A stretch of DNA of 64,000 nucleotides, from sequence record KU521356.1; one strand, given 5' to 3'. A program made the translations under genes and the position numbers. The notes beneath the pieces are model-generated. The model saw only the letters and a list, made by a program, of their open reading frames with translations, ran no database searches and was not told the origin of the DNA. Shown one piece after another: positions 1 to 8,599 of the stretch (within the stretch, counting starts at the first letter, position 1; every line of letters begins with the position of its first letter).

Positions 1-2
1 CT

Positions 3-449
3 GCAAGAGCATTCAGCCACATTAATAAGAATGCAGTTAACCATTTGTTGGCAGCAGCTCAGTCACTAATGTGGCATTGGGGTTTCCAACAAGTTGCTGT
101 ATTTATGCAAGTAGAATTGTATTATAGTGGTGATCATGCAATGTCCATTCAACCACGTAATAGTACACGTATTCAAATTAAATATAAGGATGTGATGGAT
201 GAACTTTATCCACATCAGCGACAACAACGAGCTATTAACGGTGTTCCAGTAGCACCTGTAAATATTGCGGGCATTGCTGTGCAATCTGCACATGCATCCA
301 TTAGATCTAGTAACTGGATCTATCATGGACCCGATCGTTTATTCAAAGAAGCAGAACAGGTAACTCAGAATAAAGTCCTTGTTGTACCGGCCACAATTAA
401 GTCGGTGATCACCGAACTGGTAATTCATCTGGGTAAACTTAATCAGTAA
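3..449 (+). CDS. 5'-truncated gene at the phiKZ gp67 position (ChmC/Imp6-like nucleus-associated protein)
   Basis: Frame is open from the window edge (ARAFSHINKNAVNHLLAAAQ...) to TAA at 449. Product inferred only from position directly upstream of the gp68-like gene. Confidence 0.5.
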   Translation, partial: ARAFSHINKNAVNHLLAAAQSLMWHWGFQQVAVFMQVELYYSGDHAMSIQPRNSTRIQIKYKDVMDELYPHQRQQRAINGVPVAPVNIAGIAVQSAHASIRSSNWIYHGPDRLFKEAEQVTQNKVLVVPATIKSVITELVIHLGKLNQ

Positions 450-465
450 TAATTGAGGTAGTTCT

Positions 466-2139
466 ATGTTAGGTTTTAATAATTCAGCAATGGGTGGTAA
501 TACTGAAGTACAGATTGAATCATTCATTCTAGTACAGACTGGTACTTATCAACCTGAGCATGTTCGACCATTTACGGTAGAGGTCACTGAGAACTCTATT
601 GAACGTTTAAAAGAAGCAACTAATGATGGTCGTAATCTAGGTGTTGCAGCTGTGCAGCAAATTGCAGCTGATGTGATTGCACCACGTGCTCAAACTCAAG
701 GTGAAGTCCCTATCGTCAATGGTTGGGGTGAGCGCCGGTTTAGGTTCATGATGAAAGTATGGGAGAATAACCGTTTCTTTGGTAATACCCGTACTTGCCG
801 GATTCTATTTGGTTGCTCTGACCATTGCTCTATTAGTCCGCTTAGCAATAGTCTAGATCCTAACATGCGTATCTATTTTAATAGTGAAACTGTTATTGTA
901 GAGCGCCAACGACCAACTGAGTTCGGTGTAGTCAAACAAGCACATATCCTAGGTTCTAACCAGATCCTTGCACCCGTCGATATCATGAGTGATATTACTA
1001 TCCCTCAGAACGGGTTTAGCATGTATACTGGAACTTCATCATATCTCCAACGACCAGAAGATGTTTTCCAAATTCAGCAAACGATGCAAGTAGCTAAACG
1101 CATTGAATCAACTGGACTACATCAAGGCGTATTTGACCGGATCATTGACCAACGCTCCAGTGTTGGTGAAGCAGGCACTTTCCAATATTCAAATCGCCGT
1201 GATACTTCTCCTACTCGTTATCTATCTAGTACTCTTAATGCATGGCAGCATTCTGTTAAAGAAGCTGAGATGGCTAATAATGATAACGATAATATCTTTG
1301 GAGGTGTCTCTGATGAAGTGATGCTAGGCGATGCATCTGCTGTACTTCGAAATCAAGATATCCATTCCAATATGTTCATGCGCATTCTAAAAGAACGCTG
1401 CAATTACATGGAACGTGGCTTTGTTACACTGGCTGACCTACAACGAGTATTCCCTGAACTACTGGTTGATGGTGTAGTTAAAGCTGGTATGGATAATGGT
1501 AATTCTCAACGCTTCGTTAACCGAGCAGAGCATTCCATGCATTGGGGTGGTGCAGATCATCACACTGTTGCAGCATCTCTACTTGCACAAGTAGTTCCAG
1601 CAATCATGATGGATAACTATTTCCGGGTAACCTCCTTTGCAATTACAAATGGACATGGAGCGAATAACTATCTATTCGAAATGCATCCAAATGGTACCAG
1701 GAGTATCATGGATGGAATTGATATGACTCCACAGATTAATGACTTTGAACGTCGTCTTATTACCGATGCGATTAACAGTATCTCTTATGGTAACCAGATT
1801 CCGTTTAAAATTTCCATGCACTCTGACTTAGCTGGTGATACTGTTATTGATATCAGTCTAAATCATGAATCGGTAGAACGATTCATCGCACCGACCTTCA
1901 TTGATAGTCTGTTTAGTCCAGTCATTACTCGGGATGCATCTGCACCGGCTATGATCTCTAATGACCTTACCTATCTTGTTAAGAATGTTATCCCCACTAA
2001 GACTCAACAAAACATTCTAAACAGTAGTGGTCAGCCGATTAACATGCAACCGTATCAGCACCCTGTGGCTCAACCTGCTCAAATCAATCCTAAATTTGGT
2101 GATAACAATGCCTACGATTTCTCTTTCCAAGTTCTATAG
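466..2139 (+). CDS. Non-virion RNA polymerase promoter-specificity subunit (phiKZ gp68-like)
   Basis: 557-aa ORF with GAGGT RBS at 455-459. Sits in the conserved nvRNAP cluster ahead of PicA, beta-C and beta'. Confidence 0.75.
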   Translation: MLGFNNSAMGGNTEVQIESFILVQTGTYQPEHVRPFTVEVTENSIERLKEATNDGRNLGVAAVQQIAADVIAPRAQTQGEVPIVNGWGERRFRFMMKVWENNRFFGNTRTCRILFGCSDHCSISPLSNSLDPNMRIYFNSETVIVERQRPTEFGVVKQAHILGSNQILAPVDIMSDITIPQNGFSMYTGTSSYLQRPEDVFQIQQTMQVAKRIESTGLHQGVFDRIIDQRSSVGEAGTFQYSNRRDTSPTRYLSSTLNAWQHSVKEAEMANNDNDNIFGGVSDEVMLGDASAVLRNQDIHSNMFMRILKERCNYMERGFVTLADLQRVFPELLVDGVVKAGMDNGNSQRFVNRAEHSMHWGGADHHTVAASLLAQVVPAIMMDNYFRVTSFAITNGHGANNYLFEMHPNGTRSIMDGIDMTPQINDFERRLITDAINSISYGNQIPFKISMHSDLAGDTVIDISLNHESVERFIAPTFIDSLFSPVITRDASAPAMISNDLTYLVKNVIPTKTQQNILNSSGQPINMQPYQHPVAQPAQINPKFGDNNAYDFSFQVL

Positions 2140-3487
2140 TGATCAAGTATTACCTGCTTTCCGATACAAAGTAGGTGAAGAGGATATGATCAGTATTCTC
2201 GATCCACTTGGTCGACCAGCGCCTGCAAAGGTAGATGGTAAGCGACTAGTAGTACCTACTAAAGATTGGCTTCGTAAAGGGCTTGGCGATGATTACATCG
2301 CCTTCCACCCGCTATCTGAAAAGATCTCTCGGCTAGGTACTTCTCAAGTACTACAGCATATGCAGCGTCAAGTTAAGGCTAACCTAATGTTTACTGTGAA
2401 GTATCTTACTTCACGTATTTTAGAAGTAGCTGCCGACTCTACTCTGCATAAAGACATTCCACCAGAATGTTCAGACTTCCTAAAGAAACTATCCGGTGCT
2501 AAGCCAGATACCATTGAGTGGTTTAATAAGGTTGTCAAAGCTGCTGAAAAACGTTCACGTTTTGTAAGCGTGTATCTAAAAGCAAATGGTAAATTTGATG
2601 GGAAAACTGTTAACCGTATCTGCGTTATTCGGTTCCCTATCGTAGAGGATCTTTATTCTAAGGATGATATTCTTGGAGTAAATGTACCTAAGAAACAGCG
2701 GCCAGTTCTAATTGAACTATTTAAACTGGTTGTACCATTTGGTGATTCGCCAACCGAATATTCAGCAGGAACTGTTGAGCGAGTAGCACCTTATTTTGTA
2801 TGTCTTATCCAGGCATTTAACAAAATCACTACTCAGCTAAATAGTGTTATTGATAAGTATCGTCTGATCTTCGATGATGCTATTCAACCTTATTCAAAAG
2901 TTGATGAGAAGGTGATTGCTGATTTTGCAAAGATGCAACGTGAGATCCCATCTCTTGATGGTAATGAAGGAGTCAGCAATGAAGTAGAAGAAGAAGCTTC
3001 TGAAACTGTAAACCCAGTTGCCCAAATCCCTGTCCAGAAAAAGGATAATGTAGTTAAAGTGGGTAATACTGCTAAAGAACAAACTACTTCTACTCGTGTA
3101 CCAGTAGGCACAACTGTGAATGTTAATCCATCCATGAGTCAAGCAGTAGCAATGACTCAGGCACCTCAACGTCCCTTACAGCAAGTTCAAACTAGCAATA
3201 AAGCATCTATCCAAGATCTTCTAAACGCTGGGCAGAAAAACCAATTTGCTCAACCCGGAATGATGCAACAACCTGTTATGATGAACAATAACTTTGCAAT
3301 GCCTGGGATGATGCAGCCACAGCAACCAATGATGGCTAATATGCATCCGCAGATGATGCAGCTCATGGGCAATCAAATGCCGATGGGTGGTGGATTTGCA
3401 CAAGCACTAAACCCCTCTCTAGCTGGCAATGGTAACACTGCGATGATGAATCTAGGTGGAAACCAAATGATGGGTCGTCTACTGTAA
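2108..3487 (+). CDS. picA: Phage-nucleus protein import factor (PicA/Imp1, phiKZ gp69-like)
   Basis: ATG at 2108 (MPTISLSKFY) with GGTGA RBS, in frame with the track ORF 2027..3487. Syntenic between gp68 and gp70. Q/M/N/G-rich C-terminal tail. Confidence 0.65.
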   Translation: MPTISLSKFYSDQVLPAFRYKVGEEDMISILDPLGRPAPAKVDGKRLVVPTKDWLRKGLGDDYIAFHPLSEKISRLGTSQVLQHMQRQVKANLMFTVKYLTSRILEVAADSTLHKDIPPECSDFLKKLSGAKPDTIEWFNKVVKAAEKRSRFVSVYLKANGKFDGKTVNRICVIRFPIVEDLYSKDDILGVNVPKKQRPVLIELFKLVVPFGDSPTEYSAGTVERVAPYFVCLIQAFNKITTQLNSVIDKYRLIFDDAIQPYSKVDEKVIADFAKMQREIPSLDGNEGVSNEVEEEASETVNPVAQIPVQKKDNVVKVGNTAKEQTTSTRVPVGTTVNVNPSMSQAVAMTQAPQRPLQQVQTSNKASIQDLLNAGQKNQFAQPGMMQQPVMMNNNFAMPGMMQPQQPMMANMHPQMMQLMGNQMPMGGGFAQALNPSLAGNGNTAMMNLGGNQMMGRLL

Positions 3488-3498
3488 CACGGCATAAA

Positions 3499-3522
3499 CC
3501 AGGGGGCCTAAGGGTCCCCTGG
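3499..3522. terminator. Intrinsic terminator between convergent genes
   Basis: CCAGGGGG-CCTAAGGG-TCCCCTGG hairpin; TTTATG tail on the minus strand. Confidence 0.7.
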
Positions 3523-3528
3523 CTTGCT

Positions 3529-3891
3529 TTAAAACTTTTTAGTTTGATATAAGCTAACGAGGTGTTGAATCATGTCGTTATTCGGTATGATTAAATAACT
3601 GGTGTAATCATTAGCTGAAGGATCCCTTAGAACTTTACCAAAATCATAAGGGCTAACTAAACCATTAACACGCATTTGAATCCACCACATATCAGGATTG
3701 ACACGGCGTTCTGCCATGTATCCATAAAAGTTTCCTTCGAACTGGTAATACAGTTCAGGTGGAATCTGAATACGTGTGGATCTGACATTACGTAAGATAT
3801 TCAAATGAGTCTCAATAATTAATCTGAACCCTGGTTCATAATAAACAGATTCACCTGAATCTGGCTGATTAGCTAACAGTGTGAATGCCAT
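3529..3891 (-). CDS. Conserved hypothetical protein (phiKZ gp70-like)
   Basis: ORF ends at the terminator; ATG at 3891 (MAFTLL) preferred over the track TTG at 3903. Syntenic position. Confidence 0.65.
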   Translation of the reverse strand: MAFTLLANQPDSGESVYYEPGFRLIIETHLNILRNVRSTRIQIPPELYYQFEGNFYGYMAERRVNPDMWWIQMRVNGLVSPYDFGKVLRDPSANDYTSYLIIPNNDMIQHLVSLYQTKKF

Positions 3892-3912
3892 AATAAATTC
3901 CAATAAATTTTA

Positions 3913-3929
3913 TTTAAGATCTATATCAT
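3913..3929 (+). promoter_or_regulatory. Early (virion RNAP) promoter variant TTTAAGATCTATATCAT
   Basis: Near match to the phiKZ early consensus TATATTAC; shares the TTTAAGATCTATAT context with the 60048 site. Confidence 0.55.
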
Positions 3930-3955
3930 TGATTTGTAATTAGTAAACAGGAGGT

Positions 3956-4075
3956 ATGAGATTGGTGATACCAGACATTGAAGTCTTACAAAAGGCTATA
4001 TCTAAAAACAGCGCAAATAAGAAATATAGTAGTACTGCATCTTGTCTAATTAATGGTGATAAACAAAATGGCTGA
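3956..4075 (+). CDS. 39-aa leader microprotein overlapping the nvRNAP beta start
   Basis: AGGAGG RBS then ATG at 3956 (MRLVIPDIEVLQKAISK...); stop TGA at 4073-4075 overlaps ATGGCTGA of the next gene. Confidence 0.5.
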   Translation: MRLVIPDIEVLQKAISKNSANKKYSSTASCLINGDKQNG

Positions 4076-5246
4076 ACTAGGTAAACGTGAAATTGATCTA
4101 ACCCTATTAGGGCATACTGGTTTAGATCCTTGGTATGGCACTACCTCATCTGCACGGGGTGCTATGTTTGTAACACATATTGGCCAGGCACCAGAAGTAA
4201 ATGGAAATGAATCGCGTTATTTCCTAACGGGTGCTGAATTAGAGTATGCCAAGTATACACATGATGTTCGTTTTCCTGAGGATTGTCGTGTACTACATGT
4301 TCTTAGAAAATATCCAACGGGTATTGGTAAAGACAGTATTAGATCTAACCCGGTAACAACTATTATCTACGAAAACTATTTTGACAAATATAAAACCATT
4401 GGTGTCTTACATGTTCCCGAGTACATGAGTCATCACCAAGACTTTGGTTATGAACTTGTAAAGAATCGAGAAGTGTGGGAAACCATTGCCCCAAATGAAA
4501 TGTTCTCTAAAGACACAGTGATTGCACAGTCTGGTGCAGTTAAGAAAGACGGTACTTTAGGGATGGGTGTTAATGCTAATGTTGTATTCCTATCTGCCGC
4601 TGGTACCATTGAAGATGGATTCGTAGCTAATAAGAATTTCCTTAAAAGGATGATGCCAACTAGTTATAGCACGGCTGTAGCTAATGCTGGTAGGAAAGCT
4701 TTCTTCTTAAACATGTATGGCGATGATAAGGTCTATAAACCATTCCCAGACATTGGCGATGTTATCCGACCAGATGGTGTAATCTTCGCCATCCGTGACC
4801 ATGATGATGATCTAGCTCCTGCCGAGATGACTCCTAGGGCACTTCGTACACTAGATAGAACTTTCGATAGAGCTGTTATTGGCACACCTGGTGCGAAGGT
4901 TATTGATATTGATATTTGGCGTGATGAGCGTGTAAATCCATCCCCTACTCCAACAGGAATGGATGCACAACTAGTTAAATATCATACTCATCTTAGCAGT
5001 TATTATCGAGAACTATTAAAGATCTATCGTGGTCTATTAGCACGTCGTAAAGATGATCTACATATCACTGAGGAATTTGAACGTCTTATTGTAACTGCAC
5101 AGATGTTCCTACCTCAACCTGATAATGTCCGTAAACTATCTCGATTCTATCGACTAGACCCACTAGATGAATGGCGAGTCGAAGTAACTTACAAAGCCCA
5201 AAAGATGCCTGCTGGTGCTTTCAAGATGACTGATTTTCATGGTGGT
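4068..5246 (+). CDS. nvRNAP beta subunit C-terminal part, exon 1 (phiKZ gp71-like)
   Basis: Beta motifs RGAMFVTHIGQA, GTIEDGF and the terminal FKMTDFHGG matching bacterial GDKxxGRHGNKG. ATG at 4068 with GGTGA RBS. Confidence 0.9.
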
Positions 5247-5553
5247 AATTAATATCCATCCATCTCTCAGGAATGGATATTGTCAAATTGCCTGCTTGAT
5301 CTCGAAAGAGTCAAGTAAATCCTCTCTAATTGCTGGGACATCTCAATGAGACAATCAGCAGCGAAGCTTTCCAGAAATGGATTGAACGTTCAACGACTAT
5401 CCGGTTACGCGGAGTACACTCAAGCGAGTGGAAATGGGAGGGACCTGACCACCTAGGGTGAAGGTTAAGATATAGTCTGGTCTGCATGGTGACATGCAGC
5501 TGCCTGCAATACGAGAGGCGGGGTAAGCGTAGCGAACTTACCTGAACATAACG
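5247..5553 (+). mobile_element. Group I self-splicing intron without a homing endonuclease ORF
   Basis: P (AATTGCTGGGA 5328-5338), Q (AATCAGCAGC 5353-5362), R (CGTTCAACGACTA 5387-5399) and S (AAGATATAGTCT 5467-5478) elements. P3 CCTCTC/GGGAGG, P7 GACTA/TAGTC, P9 CTGCATG/CATGCAG. Exon 1 ends in U, intron ends in G, and excision restores HGG-KGVICKV in frame. Confidence 0.92.
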
Positions 5554-6477
5554 AAGGGCGTCATCTGTAAGGTAATGGAAGATGAAGATATGCCTATTGA
5601 CGAAAATGGTAATAGGGCAGATCTAATTATCTTTGGTGGTTCAACCATGCGTCGTTCAAATTATGGTCGAATTTATGAACATGGTTTTGGCGCAGCTGCA
5701 CGAGATCTAGCTCAACGCCTACGCGTTGAAGCTGGACTAGATCGACATGCCAAACCAACCCAGCAACAACTAAATAGTGTAATGGGTAATACGCAATGGG
5801 TTGATTATGCATTTAAAGAACTATTAGGTTTCTATGAGATCATTGCTCCAACAATGCATAGTAAAATGATGGAACACCCAAATCCAGCAGAACATGTTAA
5901 AACAGTACTAATGGATGGATTCCCATATATCTACGCACCAGTTGATGATCCAGTGGATCTAATGGCAGCAGTCAACAAATTAATTAATAGCGATAAGTAT
6001 CGACCACACTATGGGAAGGTATCTTATCGAGATCAAGCTGGTAAGTGGGTAACAACTAAAGATAATGTCTTAATGGGTCCACTTTACATGATGCTACTAG
6101 AAAAGATTGGTGAAGACTGGTCAGCAGCAGCATCTGTAAAAACACAACCATTTGGTCTACCTTCTAAGTTAAACAATGCTGATAGGGCTAGCACACCTGG
6201 TCGAGAAACAGCTATCCGGTCATTCGGTGAATCTGAAACTCGGTCATATAACTGTACAGTTGGTCCAGGTCCGACTGCTGAAATCTTAGACCAAACTAAT
6301 AACCCATTGGCGCATGCTGCGGTTATCGAGTCTTGGCTAACAGCAGAAAAACCTTCATCTGTACCAGTTGCAGTTGATCGTGAAAAGATTCCATTTGGTG
6401 GATCTCGCCCAGTAGCTATGTTTGATCACCTGCTTGAATGTAGTGGTATTGCATTAGAATATGCCCCTGATCATTGA
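5554..6477 (+). CDS. nvRNAP beta subunit C-terminal part, exon 2 (phiKZ gp73-like)
   Basis: AAG GGC GTC ATC TGT AAG GTA ATG gives KGVICKVMEDEDMP...RADLI; also MGPLYMMLLEK and FGESET motifs. Spliced product is 393+307 = 700 aa. Confidence 0.9.
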   Translation, partial: KGVICKVMEDEDMPIDENGNRADLIIFGGSTMRRSNYGRIYEHGFGAAARDLAQRLRVEAGLDRHAKPTQQQLNSVMGNTQWVDYAFKELLGFYEIIAPTMHSKMMEHPNPAEHVKTVLMDGFPYIYAPVDDPVDLMAAVNKLINSDKYRPHYGKVSYRDQAGKWVTTKDNVLMGPLYMMLLEKIGEDWSAAASVKTQPFGLPSKLNNADRASTPGRETAIRSFGESETRSYNCTVGPGPTAEILDQTNNPLAHAAVIESWLTAEKPSSVPVAVDREKIPFGGSRPVAMFDHLLECSGIALEYAPDH

Positions 6478-6507
6478 TCAGGGGTTTAATAATACAAGAG
6501 GTAAATA

Positions 6508-8541
6508 ATGAATCTTAATCGTTATAAAGCGCGTGATCTTCTAAATCTAAGTTATGATGATTTATGGTCACTCCCTTCAGAATGGCATCTAATCGAATTT
6601 GATGATGGTAAAACGGTTGTGTCAGTTGACCGTATTACCAAATTATCCGTTCTGTGTTGGTATCCTCTTAAACATTATAAAGATTGCCCAATTCCATCTG
6701 ATCACCATATCGATTTCAATCGCATCTTAACTGATAACCCTAAAGATTATCTAAATGTTGAAGGTGGCCGAGTAACATCTAAGGCCATGGTTAAGCATTT
6801 AAATAAGGCTATTTGGAACATCTATGATTGGTCAGGTGAAACAGTAGATCCTGAAGTACTATCTAAACTGGCTATTGAAGGTAAGAACTGGCTGTATAAT
6901 CAGACCACTGTGAAACTGTCTGAATATCTAGCAACCTTGTCGATGTTTGATATTGCTGAAGTATATAATCATCCCAAGGTACGTGAGGCTAACCATAATA
7001 TCGAACCAACTACTTATGGTATCGAAAAAATTAGTTATGGTAAAGTCAAAGAAGTATTTAATGATCCTACCCAATTCATTGGTAACAGCATCATTGAAGG
7101 TCTTCGTTCTGGTACTCAGAAAACTGAACAGCTTCTACAAGCATTTGCTTGGCGGGGCTTTCCAACTGACATTAACTCAGATATCTTTAAATATCCGGTA
7201 ACAACTGGTTATATTGATGGTATTTGGAATCTGTATGAGAATATGATTGAATCTCGTTCAGGTACTAAAGCACTACTATATAACAAAGAACTACTGCGAG
7301 TAACTGAATACTTTAACCGGAAATCTCAGCTTATTGCACAATATGTCCAAAGGCTACATCCTGGTGATTGTAAGACCACAATCTTAGCTGAGTATCCTGT
7401 AACTAAGTTAACTTTAAAAGCATTCAAAGGAAAATATTATCAAAAAGAAGATGGTAAACTAGACTGGATCCGTGGAAATGAAACACACCTAATTGGAACT
7501 AAACAGAAATTCAGGTCTGTATTTGGATGTAATCATCCAGATAGTCAGGGTATCTGTATGACTTGTTATGGCCGACTAGGTATCAATATTCCAAAAGGAA
7601 CTAATATCGGTCAGGTTGCTGCCGTATCGATGGGTGACAAAATTACTTCAGCAGTATTGTCTACTAAACACACCGATGCGTCTTCTGCTGTAGAACAATA
7701 TAAACTTGGCAAAATTGAAAGTAATTATTTAAGAACAGGTGAAATCCCAGAGACACTATATCTAAAGAAAGAACTTACTCAGAAGGATTATCGTTTAGTA
7801 ATCGCACGGTCAGAGGCAGAAAACCTTGCTGACATTTTAATGATTGATGACCTTACTGCATATCCAGCTACTTCAGCTACTGAACTAACCAGCCTGGCCC
7901 TAGTCTATGATGATGAGGTGAATGGTGAATGTGGTGATGTTCTGACTGTGTCGCTGTATAACCGTAGGGCTAGTCTATCTATTGAAATGCTAAAGCATAT
8001 TAAGATGGTCCGTTGGGAATTAGATCAGCGAGACAATATCGTCATTAGTCTTCGTGGTTTTGATTTTAACCTACCATTCTTAACGCTACCAAATAAGCAC
8101 GTAAACATGTATGAAGTAATGAAACGATTCCAAAGTTTCTTACATTCCGGTAGTGACTCAGCCGAGGCAGGTAAACTAAGCACTGAGAAAGTTGGATATA
8201 CGTCTAAAACGTATCTTAAAAACTACAAGTCACCAATTGAAGCACTACCTGTATTTGCAACAATGGCTAATGAAAAGATTAGCCTTAATATTTCCCATTG
8301 TGAGATCTTGATATACGCTATGATGATCCGTTCAGCTCAATATCGAGACTATCGCTTACCTAAACCCGGTATTAATGGCCAATTTGAAAAATATAATAGG
8401 CTAATGCAATGTCGTAGTTTAGGTGGTGCGATGGCTTTCGAAAAGCAGCATGAGCCACTAAATAACCCAGGCAGTTTCCTTAACAAGATGAGGAATGACC
8501 ATCCATATGACTTACTAGTTAAAGGTGGTAAACTGCGATAG
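6508..8541 (+). CDS. nvRNAP beta' subunit C-terminal part (phiKZ gp74-like)
   Basis: 677 aa with Zn-site GCNHP...GICMTCYG followed by a trigger-loop-like GQVAAVSMGDKITSAVLSTKH; GAGGT RBS. Confidence 0.9.
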   Translation: MNLNRYKARDLLNLSYDDLWSLPSEWHLIEFDDGKTVVSVDRITKLSVLCWYPLKHYKDCPIPSDHHIDFNRILTDNPKDYLNVEGGRVTSKAMVKHLNKAIWNIYDWSGETVDPEVLSKLAIEGKNWLYNQTTVKLSEYLATLSMFDIAEVYNHPKVREANHNIEPTTYGIEKISYGKVKEVFNDPTQFIGNSIIEGLRSGTQKTEQLLQAFAWRGFPTDINSDIFKYPVTTGYIDGIWNLYENMIESRSGTKALLYNKELLRVTEYFNRKSQLIAQYVQRLHPGDCKTTILAEYPVTKLTLKAFKGKYYQKEDGKLDWIRGNETHLIGTKQKFRSVFGCNHPDSQGICMTCYGRLGINIPKGTNIGQVAAVSMGDKITSAVLSTKHTDASSAVEQYKLGKIESNYLRTGEIPETLYLKKELTQKDYRLVIARSEAENLADILMIDDLTAYPATSATELTSLALVYDDEVNGECGDVLTVSLYNRRASLSIEMLKHIKMVRWELDQRDNIVISLRGFDFNLPFLTLPNKHVNMYEVMKRFQSFLHSGSDSAEAGKLSTEKVGYTSKTYLKNYKSPIEALPVFATMANEKISLNISHCEILIYAMMIRSAQYRDYRLPKPGINGQFEKYNRLMQCRSLGGAMAFEKQHEPLNNPGSFLNKMRNDHPYDLLVKGGKLR

Positions 8542-8599
8542 ACGTGGAGGACGTGAGGTTTGGGGAGCACTGCTCCCCTTACCGATCGTTGATTTTTTT

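Noticed and set aside
3241-3480. ATGATG/CAACC-type repeats as a CRISPR or tandem DNA array
   Set aside because: Irregular, in-frame and explained by the low-complexity protein tail; no constant repeat-spacer period.
5523-5543. TAGCG in an intron peripheral loop, complementary to the CGCTA loops at 54130-54189
   Set aside because: A 5-nt match 49 kb away is expected by chance.
5250-5553. Alternative 5' splice site after AAT (HGGN-KG)
   Set aside because: Also ends in U and keeps frame, but adds a residue relative to the HGxKG motif, so 5246/5247 is preferred. Only cDNA can settle it.
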